A stretch of 64,000 nt of DNA from Botryllus schlosseri (Eukaryota): NCBI GenBank assembly GCA_051294905.1, contig CM119371.1, positions 1,056,001 through 1,120,000 of the forward strand. The letters are read 5' to 3'. Positions 34,784 through 49,425 of the stretch are shown here, piece by piece. The notes under the pieces are model-generated. The model had not been told where the DNA came from. It worked only from the letters and a program-made list of their open reading frames with translations, and did not search any database. Within the stretch, counting starts at the first letter, position 1. Every line of letters starts with the position of its first letter. The position numbers were made by a program, and so were the translations under genes.

Positions 34784-37700
34784 GCAAGAAGAATGGAGAA
34801 AGAACGTTCAACTGTAGCAGCTATTGGCTGGCAACACTGAAGTTGTGCGTGCGTATGCGTACACTGCTGGTGACACACCGTGTTGCTTCATTCTGACAAT
34901 GTTGTACATCTCAATTTTTGTAAGAACTATGTAATGCCCACGCAGTCTTGCTTCACTTAGAATATTGCGGTACGTTGAGCATAGCACGGTGTCAACCTAT
35001 TTGTTTCATTTGAATGTTCATGATTCACAATGAGCAAACAATGCGCCGTCTGCCACAGTAGGCCTATAAAGTAGGCTACAAACTGTAAATATCAAACGAT
35101 AAGTTCACCGATTGCGCAAAATCTACGATAAAAATAAAATGCAGGTTGCGAAAAATTTTGTCAATTTTGACATTTTTTGACCTAACGCTAAAATTGTTTT
35201 TTTCTGCCGGGCATAATATTTTTAATTATTGAGTTATAGACGCCACGGGAGAGGATGCACCGTGACATCGTGAAACTGTCGGGTTATAATATTGCAGCTA
35301 GTGGACCTTTGACGTGCCACAATTTTATGTAGAATATTTTAAAATCTACTGAAGACTGATCTTGTATCAGAGCATTTTAGCGGTGTAGTTTAATCCTGCT
35401 TTTGATATAGTCGTGATAGGTATAGGCTTTTGTTACTGTTATTGCCAAAGTCAAATCAAATCAGCATTAGATTTTGTCTTCGATTATTATTGGAACATAT
35501 CAATAAAAAATTAAATATAATCATTATTGAGCCATATTAATAGCATTGCGTCTTAACCTTTTTTAGCGATAGTCCCCTTGTGCTCCCAATAAGATTTCTC
35601 GAAGCCCCTTTCCATTTCAACACAATTTCTGATGGTACTTGTATTAAAATCAGAAAGCCCATTCACATGAAATCGCGCGTAGCGCGAAGACTAATTTCCA
35701 GTTGAATAAATTGGCCAAGAAAATAGTCCACAGCATATAGCCTAATTCCTTAATGCATCTGGTACACCCTAACGTGGTGCTTCGTTCCGCGATGGGGCTA
35801 CGGACCTCAGTCAAGAACCCCTGGGATAGAAATGTCTAATCAGCGAGGAATTCATTGGTTTTACAGCTGTAGAGCGTACGACTACCTTCCTCGCCACCGA
35901 TAATAACATGGACAAAGAGAACAAACAACACTCAGCATGAAACCAACCATACGTCACGGGGGTCACAGAATACCAATGATTGCTATGCTGACTTTATTAG
36001 ATGGTATATACCCTATACGCAACGCAAGTTACGAACTTTTGATATATCACTATTCCCCGCATGCCAGTTTCTAGATCGTTGCGTCCGTATGATTACCAAG
36101 CCACCACTCCGAGTCCCAAGTCCTCATCTGATTTTCAGGGTTAACCCGACTCAACTTGAGTCATTTTATTTATTCACACAGTCAATCCCAAATCGAGTAA
36201 TTTTACGAGAAGGTCGCACCAAAACATCACAATTTTCAGTCACGAATCATATCATCATGTACTAGAAATGTGACGTAATAGCTTATTATCTTCTACCACC
36301 TGGTAGCATTTAAAAGTGACGTGACAGTAGTGAAGTTATCGAGATTTCAGTGGTTTTTATAGTAGTTTTAGCTTGAACTTTAAGTTCTTACAAAGCACTA
36401 GTCAATAATTGCGTAATTGAGTATTTGTAAGACGAGGACGTTTTTTGAATAGTTACTAAAGTGAGCTCCACGCATTTTATGCGCATCGCCTAGGATTCTG
36501 TCTATACAGCCGCACAACTCTCTTTATATAGTGGACTTGCACATGAAGAAAGCATACTTTAGGAAGTTTTTCATTGGGAATTTATCGCACTAATATCACC
36601 CATTAAAGTTTGATCCTGTAACGCTCACATCTCAGGCAAAATGACAATGAGCTATTCGACAGGAATTGTTTGCATCAGTCTCTGTTGTGATAGTTGACAC
36701 CTATGAGTATAAAGTCCTGTTGAACTATGACACGTCGAGCCTGACCCGAGAATCTACTACATTGCTTCGTTGCTTTCACTAACAAGGGGTTGCTAATCTG
36801 CAAGACTTTGGTGGACAACAACGCTTATATTCACTAAACTAAAATCTAATATATTACGCATCTAACTATAGATTTGATACATATCGGATAAAAGTATCGG
36901 TTCAAATCGTCACATAACGAAAACAAATCTACTGTAACGTCACATTGTACAATTAGTGACGTCATGAGATATTTCGGTGTACATCAATGATGTTGTTATA
37001 TCATATACTTACTGTATGTGACATTTTATAGATAAAAAATACTGTAGTGCAGGGGTTCTCAACTTCCCTCGCATAACGGGACGCATTTTAATAGCAAAAG
37101 ACGCTGCGGGCCGCAGAACATTATAACCATGTATATTTGTCGGCTACTATAAAATTTAGGGTATTGGAGCCTATTTACCAGTCTTATATGGGTATTTCGT
37201 ACATTTTAATGCATTCTAGAGCAGGGGTGGCCAACCTTTTCGGCCAAAGGGCCACATGACATTTAAGAACCATGGCGCGGGCCACTTGAATGTTGATGAC
37301 CTTTTGCTAGTCGTCCGATAGGAGCGAACTGAATTAGGTAACGTTGAAACAAGACTTAAATTAATACGCTTTAAAATGCACCTGGATAATTAGCTAGGCA
37401 ATGTGTTTGAAGTAGGTGGATTCGTCCAATGCTAGGCTGAAGTGGTCTAGGTGGCAACTTGCTTAGGAACATGCGATAGAAATTCGACTGACATTGAACT
37501 TTCTGGTGAGTGTTCAATCAGACAATTGTAGCTTCGAAATTTGTCAGGTGATTTTGGCCTTGCTGTTAAATTCCGGAAACAGCGAACATATGCACAGTAC
37601 CTTAAAGTTTTATTGGAGTCACATCTTCTTTAGTATATTCTTGGGTTTAGCGATATTCCAAGAAATTTTGAACAATGCGTCTGTAACGTCGTCGACAATT

Positions 37701-39925
37701 TTAACAGTTCCTAGAAATGTGGCTGCTGGGCATGACACCTAACTAGCAACGTTTTCTTCAACATTAGGCGATATGTATAACTCAAGAAGTATCATTTGAA
37801 ACTTATACGCTTCGTTATAACAAAATTTCTTCGACAAATATGACAAATCAGCCTTCCATAACAATAATGTGCCCGTAGAAATTGAATGAAAGATGTCGCG
37901 GGCCGCATACGGCCCGCGGGTTGACAAACCCTGCTGTAATGGAATGATAAATGAGCTATTCCAGTCAATATTTAACATCAATGCATAGGATTTTAAAAGG
38001 GGAGCCCTATGAAATATGAATATACGTAGGCTTACCATATTTTGGAAATCTAAAAACAGGACACTTTCCTCTCAGAGCTCAAAATACCGTTTTTCTCTCC
38101 GCATTGTTAGGTGGATGACTAAAAAAAGTCAGCTTTTCGCTCAGACCTAAAATCACCGTTTTTCGCTCCGAAATACCTGACGGAGCATCGTCATTTCTGT
38201 GCTGATTTACGGCATATCACTCGCAATTTGTTCTAAATCTGACCAAAATTTTCAAAAAAGAGGACAAAATCTCAAAAAAGAGGAAAAAAGAGCGTCCTCC
38301 GAGGACACTTTTAAAAAAGGGACAAATCCTCTTGAAAGAGACGCGTCGCGCCTGAAAATTCGCGCTTCCTCCTTGGGACGGGAACTCAGGTTAAGAATCG
38401 CTCTAAGTTTACCTATGAACTCTGTTGCTAATTCGATCACTTCCAGCATGAAGCAATAATGTCACTACACTAACTGCGGTGTACAGACTATACATACATG
38501 TAATTCAGCTCAATGATATCACACCCGAACAATGTTGAGAATTCGATCATCGTTCTAATCGAGAGAGCGTGTTTTGATTTAGATCTTTATGTCGACGCCT
38601 GAATAGAGATATCATTTACGTTACCTAGCTATGGTTGCAACAATACCGCGCGCGTGACGCAATTCAAATCGTACATCGCTTGGTATTGGTCATTGCTGCA
38701 AAATAGTCATCGGTGAATATCTTTAAATTTCCTTTGTCCTGGTGAAATAGTCGTAATATATACAATTGATAGGTTCATAATCAAATTCCGACGAATAGTT
38801 TACTGCAGTTACTACTAAATAAATACAGTCCACCTTCGAGATTACCGGACCACGACTGACCTATCGAATCGATCTCGCTTCCCATGAAAGGCCGCCCTAT
38901 TTATTGTCGCTTTCTTTCCTATGCTATCTTCTTTACTTTTATTCAGTGTGCATGTCTCCTCTTTACATCGCCTAGCTAGGCCAAGGTGGGTGTCCGTTTC
39001 CATAGTCTACAACAAGTCGCTTCGACATCTTCCTGTCTTTTCATTGTATCGAATTTTTGTGATTTATTGAACTGATAAAATTGCTAATAAACCAATGATG
39101 ATGCCTACTCCTTTAAAATGCGGAACAGTATGGTAATAACGCACTCATTCAACAAGGTGATGCCTGGCGTACTCAAGTACGAACGTACATGCTACATAGC
39201 AGGGAAGTCGCCCAATTCTGACTATTCGATCGCTTACATCCCGGTCCACACGATTATGCAGACATATTATCTCAAAATCAATAACTGCTTTTTGTTGTAT
39301 AAGTAGTATTCTCCAGTGGATGCATACCATATATTTTGTATACATCATTTGTTATTAGGGATCTATTTTAGCCACCTGCTTCCACGCAAAATGGAATTGG
39401 TAAAATTGCATTCATCAGCCGATTAAATATAGTAATGATCAATCCCATATCTCAATGCTTTATCTGTGCCATTAGTAATGCTGTGTTAGCCCGCACTTGT
39501 GCCCTAGCTCAATACAGAAACCTTGAATTGTTGCAATATCACCCAGCAGGATTGGATTATATATAGTTCCCCTTTGAAATATTGTGCTTTCTTATAGCTT
39601 GATCAGACAATAAGGATGTATGTGTAACCCTGATACACATGTGCCACTGCATTATGTTTACGTCGGACAGCAGACATTCAAAACAGTAAAAGATTTTACC
39701 AATTTCCCTGAAAACCTTGACATAGTCAGAGATGGGCAAAGAGAATATGCCACCCAGAATCTGACGATGATGCGGGTAAGAGACTAGAGTAGATTGGAGC
39801 TTTCGTATGTTGGCTGACTATTGCTCAAGTATCAAACTAGACAACCTACAGAAATATGGGTTATTAGCGTCAATTTGAACCTTGAAACTCGCAATTTAAT
39901 TTTCTTGTAGACCAGTGGTTCTCAA

Positions 39926-40919
39926 TAGGGATGGTGTGAACCTCTGAAAGGTTCAGGCTCGTGTGAACGCGAACCTTTTTGAAAGGCCCTGTGTGAACAC
40001 GAACGTGAACCTCGTGACGTCACGTGACGTCATATTGCTAATTCCAACCCTTTCGTTCAATGAAGTGATAGCTTAATATTCCCTATATTAATGTACACGA
40101 TACCTAGCGAAGATTCGGCCCGCACAATGCCACAATGCTGAAGTACATATCGGCATTTTAAACGTCGATAAATGTATCAACCGCGGTAATCAAAGGATAT
40201 AATAATTGCATAAAATCAGTACATTCCGTCGCTTTGTCAACAATTTCGACGAGGACTCACCAAGGAATGTAAGCTTACGCCTCAACGGTCTTAGCCAGAC
40301 CGGAAAATGTGTTTGGAGTTTGGGTTTTGAAGAATAGCTACATTGATAGTATATTGAGCAGAGTGTACAGCGGGTGTCTATACTCGCTACTGATCCCACA
40401 AACAACAAGTTATGTAGCAGTAGCACGCACTTTAATGGCACGGATTTGGTTTTAATGATACAGTGAAGACATGAATTCAATATTGACCCAATACGACTGT
40501 TCGATCTTTTACATCAGAAGACGATATCAATGTCATTGATTAGTTGACTAAGCATCATTCGCTTACTACGTACATCGATTGCGTGTCAGCAGAGAGTCAC
40601 TAAATATTCACAAACGGAAAGCTGGATATTCCGAGAAAATTTTCGCAACTAAGCAAGTAAAACTTTTAAGGTTGTCTAGGTGCATGGTGCATGCTCGTTT
40701 AGTCTTGATTTTTTATGCTGCCAGCACCATGCATGGAGTGGCCCGCAGTTGAAATGCAATAAATTTGAGCCAAAGATCGTATAATGGAGTGAAAATTACA
40801 ATTTACCGAAAGGTTCACAATGCAAAACCTACCAAGGTTCTGTTGTGAACGCGAACCTCTAAATTTCCGAGGTTCACACACAGAACGCGAACGTGAACCT
40901 CACGTTCACACCATCTCTA
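39926..40919. mobile_element. hAT element with GTGAAC subterminal repeats, inserted into the TIR of another hAT MITE
   Basis: TAGGGATGGTGTGAAC...GTTCACACCATCTCTA; perfect TSD GTTCTCAA that splits CAGTGGTTCTCAACCTTTT. Confidence 0.9.
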
Positions 40920-43900
40920 GTTCTCAACCTTTTCCACCTCGCGGTTCGGTGAAATTTCAAAAAAATGTCTGGCGGACCGGTGAACTTCCAGAATTGAAAT
41001 GAAGTCAAAATGTAAAGCATGCAACCGTTTTTTGAAATTATATGGTGCTAGAGCTAGAGAGTAACATTTAGAACGTTTTGATTGTAATGAATTATCTTCA
41101 TGATGCCATCCATGTGATTTTATGGTAGTTGGTCTTCTGAGTCGATGTAAGATTTCCTTGTCCAGATGAACGTGCTACCGTCAAGAGTAGTTTGCAGTCT
41201 TTCGCGCCGAAGGCTGTGGTTTTAACCGACCACGCCAACTCGAATTATATTCTTCTCTTTGAGAATATCGAGAAAAGATGCGTTTCGGAGTCGAGCTAAG
41301 CACCTTGCCGTGCTACCTTGCTCCTTGCCCACTCCCACCGGGCGCATATGCTACTCTGGCAACTACGAATACAATGCGTGGCGCAAGAAAACACTATACA
41401 GCAACTATACCGGCCATATCTGCAGAAAAAGCACTTCGTCAGCCCAGCCCCAAAAGCGCTGGTCTCGGGTTACACATGGCAATAAGCAAAACTTCTGGGG
41501 GATTCGCCCCCAGACCGTACAGTTGGGGGGATTTTTTCACCGGTATTTGTGAGCAAATTCATTGTACTCAGTGTATGCAAGAAGTTTGAGTAGCTTAATC
41601 GCGCCAATAGCGAAAATTTTCCATAATTCATGACTCAATCGGTTTCTTCGCTGCCGGATTTTTGGCACGCCCTTTGTAGTCCCATTTTAGCCTATAATGT
41701 TCATTATTATGTGTTGGTACGTCATTGCGCGGTAATGGCTGATGCCTTAATGCCTATTTCTATAAATCATGCGTATTTCTTCGGGAATGGCACCTAATAA
41801 GAAATACATTTAGTGACACTAAATCGCGCAAAGCACGAAAATAAATGGAAAATGCTTGAAAAAGTTTCAGAAAATTACGCTATGATTTATGTTCATCAGG
41901 GTTGTAATGACTCGAGTCATTTTGAAAAAAATGAAAAATGACTCTACTCGACGCATGCGGTCCGCGGGCCGCGTGTTTGAGACCGACGGCTTCAGGGCTC
42001 GGCCCCTGAAAAGTGACACATATACCCCATCATATTGCGACAACAATCCCGGTTTAAAATCAATAATCTCGAATCTGTAAAATCTATGAACTAAGAGATG
42101 ATTTCGATAACGTCCGACCTCTAGAAATATCTTCAAAGCATTAGCGTAGAACGCACTTCGTTAATAACTTTGCCTTTAATTCAGCCTAATGACATATAAC
42201 ACTCACTCTACTTTGAGAAATATGTCTTTCTTACGATAGATGTGCCTTGTCTTGATTTGGCATTCTATGTCTTCGCCTAAATAAAGATATTCATTACGCG
42301 TTTACGGTTGCAATTTGCAACTATGGCGCTGTTGCTGTGAATGATGTAATTCCAATTTGTCATCACTCATTGGTTTCTCGCTGAATTGTAATCGGTAATT
42401 ATCACTCAGTATACTTTCTGCTGACGAAATGAGTACATTTTATACAATGGATCGCTTGAGAAATTGAAGACACTAGAATGGCGATCACATTGTATGACTG
42501 TTATAGGCGATGCAGTAGGATTTATTGCGGCAATTTATCCGCAACTTTATAGAACCTGCGCCATACACAAAAACGATTCTGGCTTTGACTTTGACTAGTT
42601 ACAGATATACGATACAATCTATATTGGCCACATATAATAGTCCTAATAATACTCTTAAGTCAAATTCACGGTGACGGAGTCAACTACAATACGCCGCACC
42701 CGCATACAGTAGCCCCTATAGTTACAACTCTTGAGCCGGCCCGTGAACGTATTTTCTGCTTCTAATCTTGCCCGTGGGGAAAATCATTGCCCACCCCCGC
42801 AGTAGCGTGTTCCGCACTAGTGACTTTGTTGTGATACGTGATCAGGAGAGCTTACGAGGCATATTTCCAATGACGTGATTCCACATTATGGTGAATTAAA
42901 TTCCTCTGCGCGTTGCTGCGCATCGCATTTTCCCTACTGTCTACCAGATTGCAGGAACAGAACTATTATGTGCCGATAATTTTGACAACTGAGTATAGAT
43001 TTATATCGAAAGTTTCGGCCATCCAGCAACGGCAATTTTGGGCCAAGGTTTTGCGGCCGCTGATGCTTTTACATCGCCTTTATCCGCGGTATGTTGGCCA
43101 AAACTTTACGTCTTCCTGTGCCCGGGCGCAGAAGGGGTTGGCTCGAAATGAAAGAGTGTCATAGGCCCGAATCTGCTTGCTCTACGCCCTACACTAGATC
43201 AACCCATAGGTCATAGACTATGTTTTTCAGAAGAAAAAAAACACTCGGACAAATGTTACCATAAATTCAAGCCAAAGGTCGGCACATTCTCATGATCAAG
43301 CCATATTTACTAATCCATAGTACTCAACACAGTGACCTTGGATATATAAACCTATCGCAGGATTTTTTGCAATAAATTCAACAAATATTACATACATATT
43401 ACCAGATCGCTTTTGACACCGTGTCGACCCAAAAATATACCCTTTGCGATTGCGACCCATACTTTAATGATCCTTGAAGAAGTGAAACTTTTCGTTAGAG
43501 TAACTTGCGAATGTGATTTTGTAATGATGTTATTTACTATTATCCCCGTGCCTCGCGCTCGAACTGTTAATTACGAAAATGTGATAATTGATCAGCGAAA
43601 GAAATCAGAAAGTTAATTTGACGTCATTGTCCAGCCTGTCGCCGGCTCAGACGGGCTGATACACTATATTTCTGCCACTGTACCAGCTTTCGAACCAGAC
43701 ATTTTGTTACATAATACTTATAGTTCACAAATATTAATTCATTACGTTTGTGAGCGACAAATTTTTTGTCGAAGCCACGATTAGTGGTGCGGCGTAAGTC
43801 AAACAGGTTTCTACAATTGCGTGTACAACTGCAAAAGTTAGTGAGACACTGCATTTGAATTTCCTATTAGGTTCATTAGAATTATTCAACGTGAGTAAAA

Positions 43901-45509
43901 TTACCAATTATTTACGATTTTAATTGGCACTGCAAATGTTTGTCTTTCACAAATGGCTGGTTAATTTCGCGTATGGTGCGTCAGCTTTATACAACCACTG
44001 GCAGCTTCAAAAACATTATATTACGACACATTACGCCAATAACGCTGGGCTCATAAATAGGCTACCTTACCTCAAAACTACCGCAAATTGATGATGCATC
44101 AAAAATTCGAATTTCATATAATCGGAATATATGTGATAAATGGCTATCTCTCCTTATATTCTCCACTACTCGTCACAGCGCCCGAAAATAAATATCGCAA
44201 ATTATCACAAATTTCTCCTGGAGACCTGAAGAATAATTGCGAAATAAGTCATTCGTGACATTTATTATGTTCCCATTCGGGCTGACATTTAATTGCCGCG
44301 AATTGCGAAGTCCGTAAATTCAACCTATAACTACAAGCAACCTGCTTCAACGGCGTCTTCACCACTGTATTGTTCGTATTTACATTGCGCCGACCAAGTA
44401 ATAGCGTTCTTGGACAATAATTTTACGCCTCATGCGTTTGAATAGATATCGGTTACGTTGCTACGATCTCTGTAAAATATTGGAACGCGGTAGCTGTCAC
44501 AATCCAGAAAAGTAGTCTAGCGTGCAAACCATTCGCTTATATTGAGAATAACCACCGTTGTATTTACTTGGTATATCCCTGTAAGATATATTGCACGGGT
44601 TCTTCGAGAATCAAGCCGCTGGTAACTGGTAAGTCGTTACACCCATTGGTATTAGCGTTTCGACAAACTAGTTCAATTATAACCCGACGCGAAATTTTAG
44701 TCACACTGTTAAAATTTTCTATCTCTCTGAATTTATGAGAGCCATAGCATAACGCAATCTTGATCTCGTCTCAATCTGAATTGAGCGTGCGCTATAGTAT
44801 ACTATGAAATGGACAAGAATTAGAAGTTATTGATCCATTTACATCTTATTTCCCACTCACCAAAAAAGGAATTCGTGAATTCCTATCATTTTCAGCTTAT
44901 TCTGTCAAAGCCAGGGGTTCGTAGTCATGATGCGGGCTCTGCCGTGCATTCGCGTTGTTTCGTCGTTGCTTAGCAACGTAAGAAGGCAATGAACGACTGT
45001 CAAGAAATAATGGTCTATTTATTCGTTTTCCATTTCTGAACAAGGTTACTGTTTATAAGGCCCTTCAAAAATACTTTTTTCAAATGCCACTATAATAGAT
45101 TGCCTGAACAACGCAGCACACCATATGTGGTTTAATATCAATTCGAGCGAAATCGAAGTCGTTTTGAAAAAAAAGGTAGGCTATTTGTATTGGCAATTAC
45201 TTTACTTTTTAGGATTACGGAGTAGACTGTAGCATATAGTGTTATTGTTTCTGCGCAATTTCGATCTTGTTTACGATGTTCCATTCTCCGAATGATTATC
45301 AGATGACGTTAGCCAAGATCTGCTATAAGTTCACAGGCGTTGTGGAGGTGAGTCACTGTGAACGACTGATTTCCGTCCTCACGCCCTTAATCCCCAGTTT
45401 ACACATGATCATTCATTCTACCTTATACAAACACTCTCGATTTTTCGAAATATGTATCACGGTAACTGAATATACTTTGAAAATTTGCAGCCATCCGTAG
45501 TGTCATAAG

Positions 45510-46419
45510 CAGTGTTGGGATCAAGTCACTACCTTCGAGTCACGAGTCATTTCGAGTCATTGCCCATTTTGACTCGAGTCAAGTCAAGTCAATCGATTTT
45601 CAAAGGTGACTCGAGTCAAGTCAAGTCACTCGATTTTTGGAGGTGACTCGAGTCAAGTCGAGTCAAGTCAAGTCAAGTCACGAGTCAAGTCACAATTCAA
45701 GTCAAGTTGCCTTTTCGAAGTATAGGGCACGATAACGTCATTGCATTTTGGTAGCTGTCTGAAATACAGATTGAGTGGTGATTGATTTCGAGCCGATGAA
45801 CGAATATGGAGGTAAATATACAAGCAAGAAGGCGCTGTATCGCTCGCATATACGTAGAACAGCTAAACCATAGTTTATAGTTACCAGGCAAAATAGAGAA
45901 TAGATACGAATTGATAGGATGCAATACATGACCCATTTACAAATCGATGATATGATACAATTCGAGCCTGCACCAATGGTTCAGGACTATATAAACTATA
46001 TTAGAGTTCAATTTTAATAAAACAAGAGGTTTGGTTAAGGTAAAAACAGAGATTAATTACTTTACTATACTAGTTTAGGACAACGTAAGCAGTATGCTTC
46101 GATCACTTCGTTTGCGGTCAATTTATTTGTGAGGGAACAATGGAGGCTCCGTAAAACGCACGATCATTAAATGATTGGTAGCTCCCACGGTTACACCAGT
46201 GTTTCGCGAACAATCCGAACAAGATTTAGAGATTTTTGTCGACACCGATTACTTGATGACTTGAAATTGACTCGTGAATTTTGCTCTGAGTCACGAGTCA
46301 ATCCATATTTCTGATACGCCGAGTCAAGTCAAGTCAAGTCATTTTAGCAAAGTGACTCGAGTCAAGTCGAGTCATTCGAAAAAGGTGACTCGAGTCTGAC
46401 TCGAGTCATCCCAACACTG
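45510..46419. mobile_element. hAT-type MITE (same family as 14596-15551)
   Basis: CAGTGTTGGGAT...ATCCCAACACTG; perfect TSD GTCATAAG. Confidence 0.92.
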
Positions 46420-46895
46420 GTCATAAGCAATTTTATATTTTAATAATGGTTGTATGGTCACTGTCCAATGTCCATAGATGTTGCTGAAGAAGCAAATTTT
46501 TCGGGATTTTTTCTGCCTCCTCGACTAGAATCATTCTGCTCAGCCGTCCAACTACGCCTTGACTGTTCACCCGGAGCAGCGATATTCTATTGTGAAATAT
46601 TTCCAGTAGCCGGGGAGTTAGTTTATTCACTATACTTGCGATTCCAATTAGTACCAAACTAGCACAACACATTTGTGTCCACAAAGGCATACAACACCAT
46701 GCGTAATGCGTATACATGTGCATTCCTTTCTCTGCCCACTTTTCTTGTTTTGAAAGAGGTTATCTACCGAGGCTACTTTGATATCGATTGAAGCTGTTCT
46801 ACTTTCAGTTACCTTTCCTACAACACACTAAAATACATCGGTAAACTGCAAACTGTGTTTATTCAAACATATGAAGACAGGAGGCTGTGTAGCTA

Positions 46896-48444
46896 TAGGG
46901 TTGCCATCGACATGAACCTAAAGATAAGGACAGTCGAAAAGTTAGATGGCATGAAAAAGCGTTTGTATACATAATTTGTATTCATACGAGCCGGTGCATA
47001 TCACATTCCATACTTTTCGCCAGAAATAATCTACTTCAGGAACTCCTTGTCATTAGAAAGTGCTTCATGGTTCTCACTACAGCGCAGGTCTAGGTTTACA
47101 TTTACTTAGGGCCGAAACAGAACATCGTAACCCCCCCCCCAAAAAAAAACGTCGCTTATAGTCTTGGTCCTGGCCGAAAAAAAGTTATTTGCGATGTTGG
47201 AATCGGGAAATAATGCTTTGAGCAATTGCGAGGTGCAATCGTCGGCAAGGAATGGTTGCTGGGAATGCTGGTGTCAGACAGTATGGAATGGTGGTTCTCA
47301 ACCTGGGGGCGCGCCCCCTTGAGGGCGTGAAAGCATCTGAAGGAGGCGCGAAGAAGCGGTCAACAGAAAAAAATCACGGTCTGCGCGATTTACCTACAAT
47401 TCACGCATGTTTCTCTATATAATATTGACCTATTTTCACATTTTTTAATTCTCTCATAAACAGTCATAACCTTACATGCCATCCAACAATCTGTTGGGGT
47501 TGCTATCGTCCCGATTGGATTTTGTGATATGACGATAAGGGGGCGATAAATTTTTCACTATCAAAAAGGGGGCCTCTGAAAAAAGGTTGTGAACCACTGC
47601 TCTACAGCACCTGCCTTATAGTCTGTGGTTGTTCGTGCTGATCGACTTGTGGAAAAATTATTCATTGACTGGCTCAAATTAATCATTAAGACACACTATT
47701 TGTTATGAATGTGAGTTGAAATAGCGGTCTTTCCTATGGTCTCCGGGTTAATGTCACAATTGCAGATATTGCAATGAGCGAAACACTCACCCTTCAAGCT
47801 TCGTTAGATACCTTTGAATTATTTCTCATAATCGTCACGAAAAACTTTTTTACGCCTGCTCATTAACTAATCAGATTTAGCCTTATTAGTGGCTAAAACT
47901 ATATGCGCAAGTGCAACATATAATTTAGATAAATCTATCAATGTTTTATATAGCTTTACTACTGTCTAACCAATGTGTCGACTGCACAGCATGCGCCTTT
48001 TTTCACTACGCAATAAAAGCGGCCTTCTTCACAGCTTGAGCTTATTCTGCTGTAGACCGAACAGCAGAAACCTGGTAGCCTGCTGATGTTTACTGCTAAA
48101 ATGTCGTCCGCTGCGGTAGCTTGGTACAGACGAAACTGCTATACCACCACTCATTGCCCTAACTATCTCACCACTAAGAAGTTAAATCTTGTGGTGCGTA
48201 CGTCACGAGAGTTCCTTTCATTTATGATGTCATAAAATCTCGACGCAAAAGCATAACTTTAGAATTTTATGCAACACAGATACCACAGGAAAACCACCGT
48301 AGTTCTGTAGTGGTTGAAAATAATACAAAGGACGCGGGTCGAAAATAAGGACATTTCTTAGAGATAAGGACAGTTGAGTTTTCTAAGATGTGGCCCTTCA
48401 AAATAAGGACAAATCCTAGAAATAAGGACGGTATGGCAACCCTG
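46896..48444. mobile_element. hAT Blackjack-like element with a nested MITE
   Basis: TAGGGTTGCCAT...ATGGCAACCCTG with ATAAGGAC subterminal repeats. Confidence 0.65.
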
Positions 48445-49158
48445 TATATAACACAACTTAACTTAAGATAGATCCAAATCTCGTGACAGCACAACCAGTT
48501 TGATACGAAACCAAATGTGGCTAGCAAGATACGACAGCGTTGTAACGAAACGATTCGAGTCAAGATTTTTAGTGACTAGACGTGACTAATGTCATATTCT
48601 AAAATACCGGTATGCAAAATTACTAAAGTCGATATGAGACCATTTGTGTATTGACTCGAGTCACTGCGCACGAATCGACAAAGTCATAAAACCCAAGACT
48701 CGGACGGGCAAGACAACTTCGAATAATAGTAAGTTACCACATAATGCGAGGCATTAAAAATCAACCAAACAGAGTTGCAATTCGTGATTTGATTGAGCTC
48801 GAAAATGAACAGGTAACACAATGACTTGGACTCAGACCCGAGTCTCAACACTGTGACTATGAACTGAAACCTTTGAACCCTGACTATGTCTCGAACTAGA
48901 GTCGGTGCTGAATTGAGAATATTTCAACTTGACCAGAGTCAAAAGCTAATAAAGTAGAGTTGACTTATGACTCGCGACCTTCTGCTGTGGTTTTACAACC
49001 CTAGGATATGGTCAAAATGGTCATCTTTGAGCTTGAGACTCGAGTGACAAAATTATTAAATAGGCCTCTAACAAAAACTACCGCCTCGCTGATTTCGAAA
49101 ATTAAAATTATAATCTGGTCTGGGCACTGCAATTCCCTCAAAATAACCCTAACATTTG

Positions 49159-49425
49159 GTGGCGAGATAGCGCAGTGGTATAATCCGCGGCTGCAAAACC
49201 AATGGGTTGTGGGTTCGAGTCCGACTTCAGAATTCCCATACCTAAGTGTTGGAGGTTGATCTAGACTCCTCCTCGCCACCTCATTCGCGTAAGCCGTAAG
49301 CGGTGTCTTACAAAAATCCTAGAAGTGGGCCGTGGTATAAGTCGGCAGTTACCGAATAAAAATGTAATGTAAATGACCATAGTAGTCGACAAACACCATG
49401 AACACAACAAAACAAACAAACAAAC
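49159..49425 (+). mobile_element. tRNA-derived SINE (best-preserved head)
   Basis: A box TAGCGCAGTGG, B box GGTTCGAGTCC, (CAAA)n tail, approximate TSD accctaacatttg/accccaacatttg. Confidence 0.88.

Noticed and set aside
49161..49232. tRNA-Cys gene
   Set aside because: No acceptor-stem pairing; it continues into a repeated SINE body with tail and TSD.
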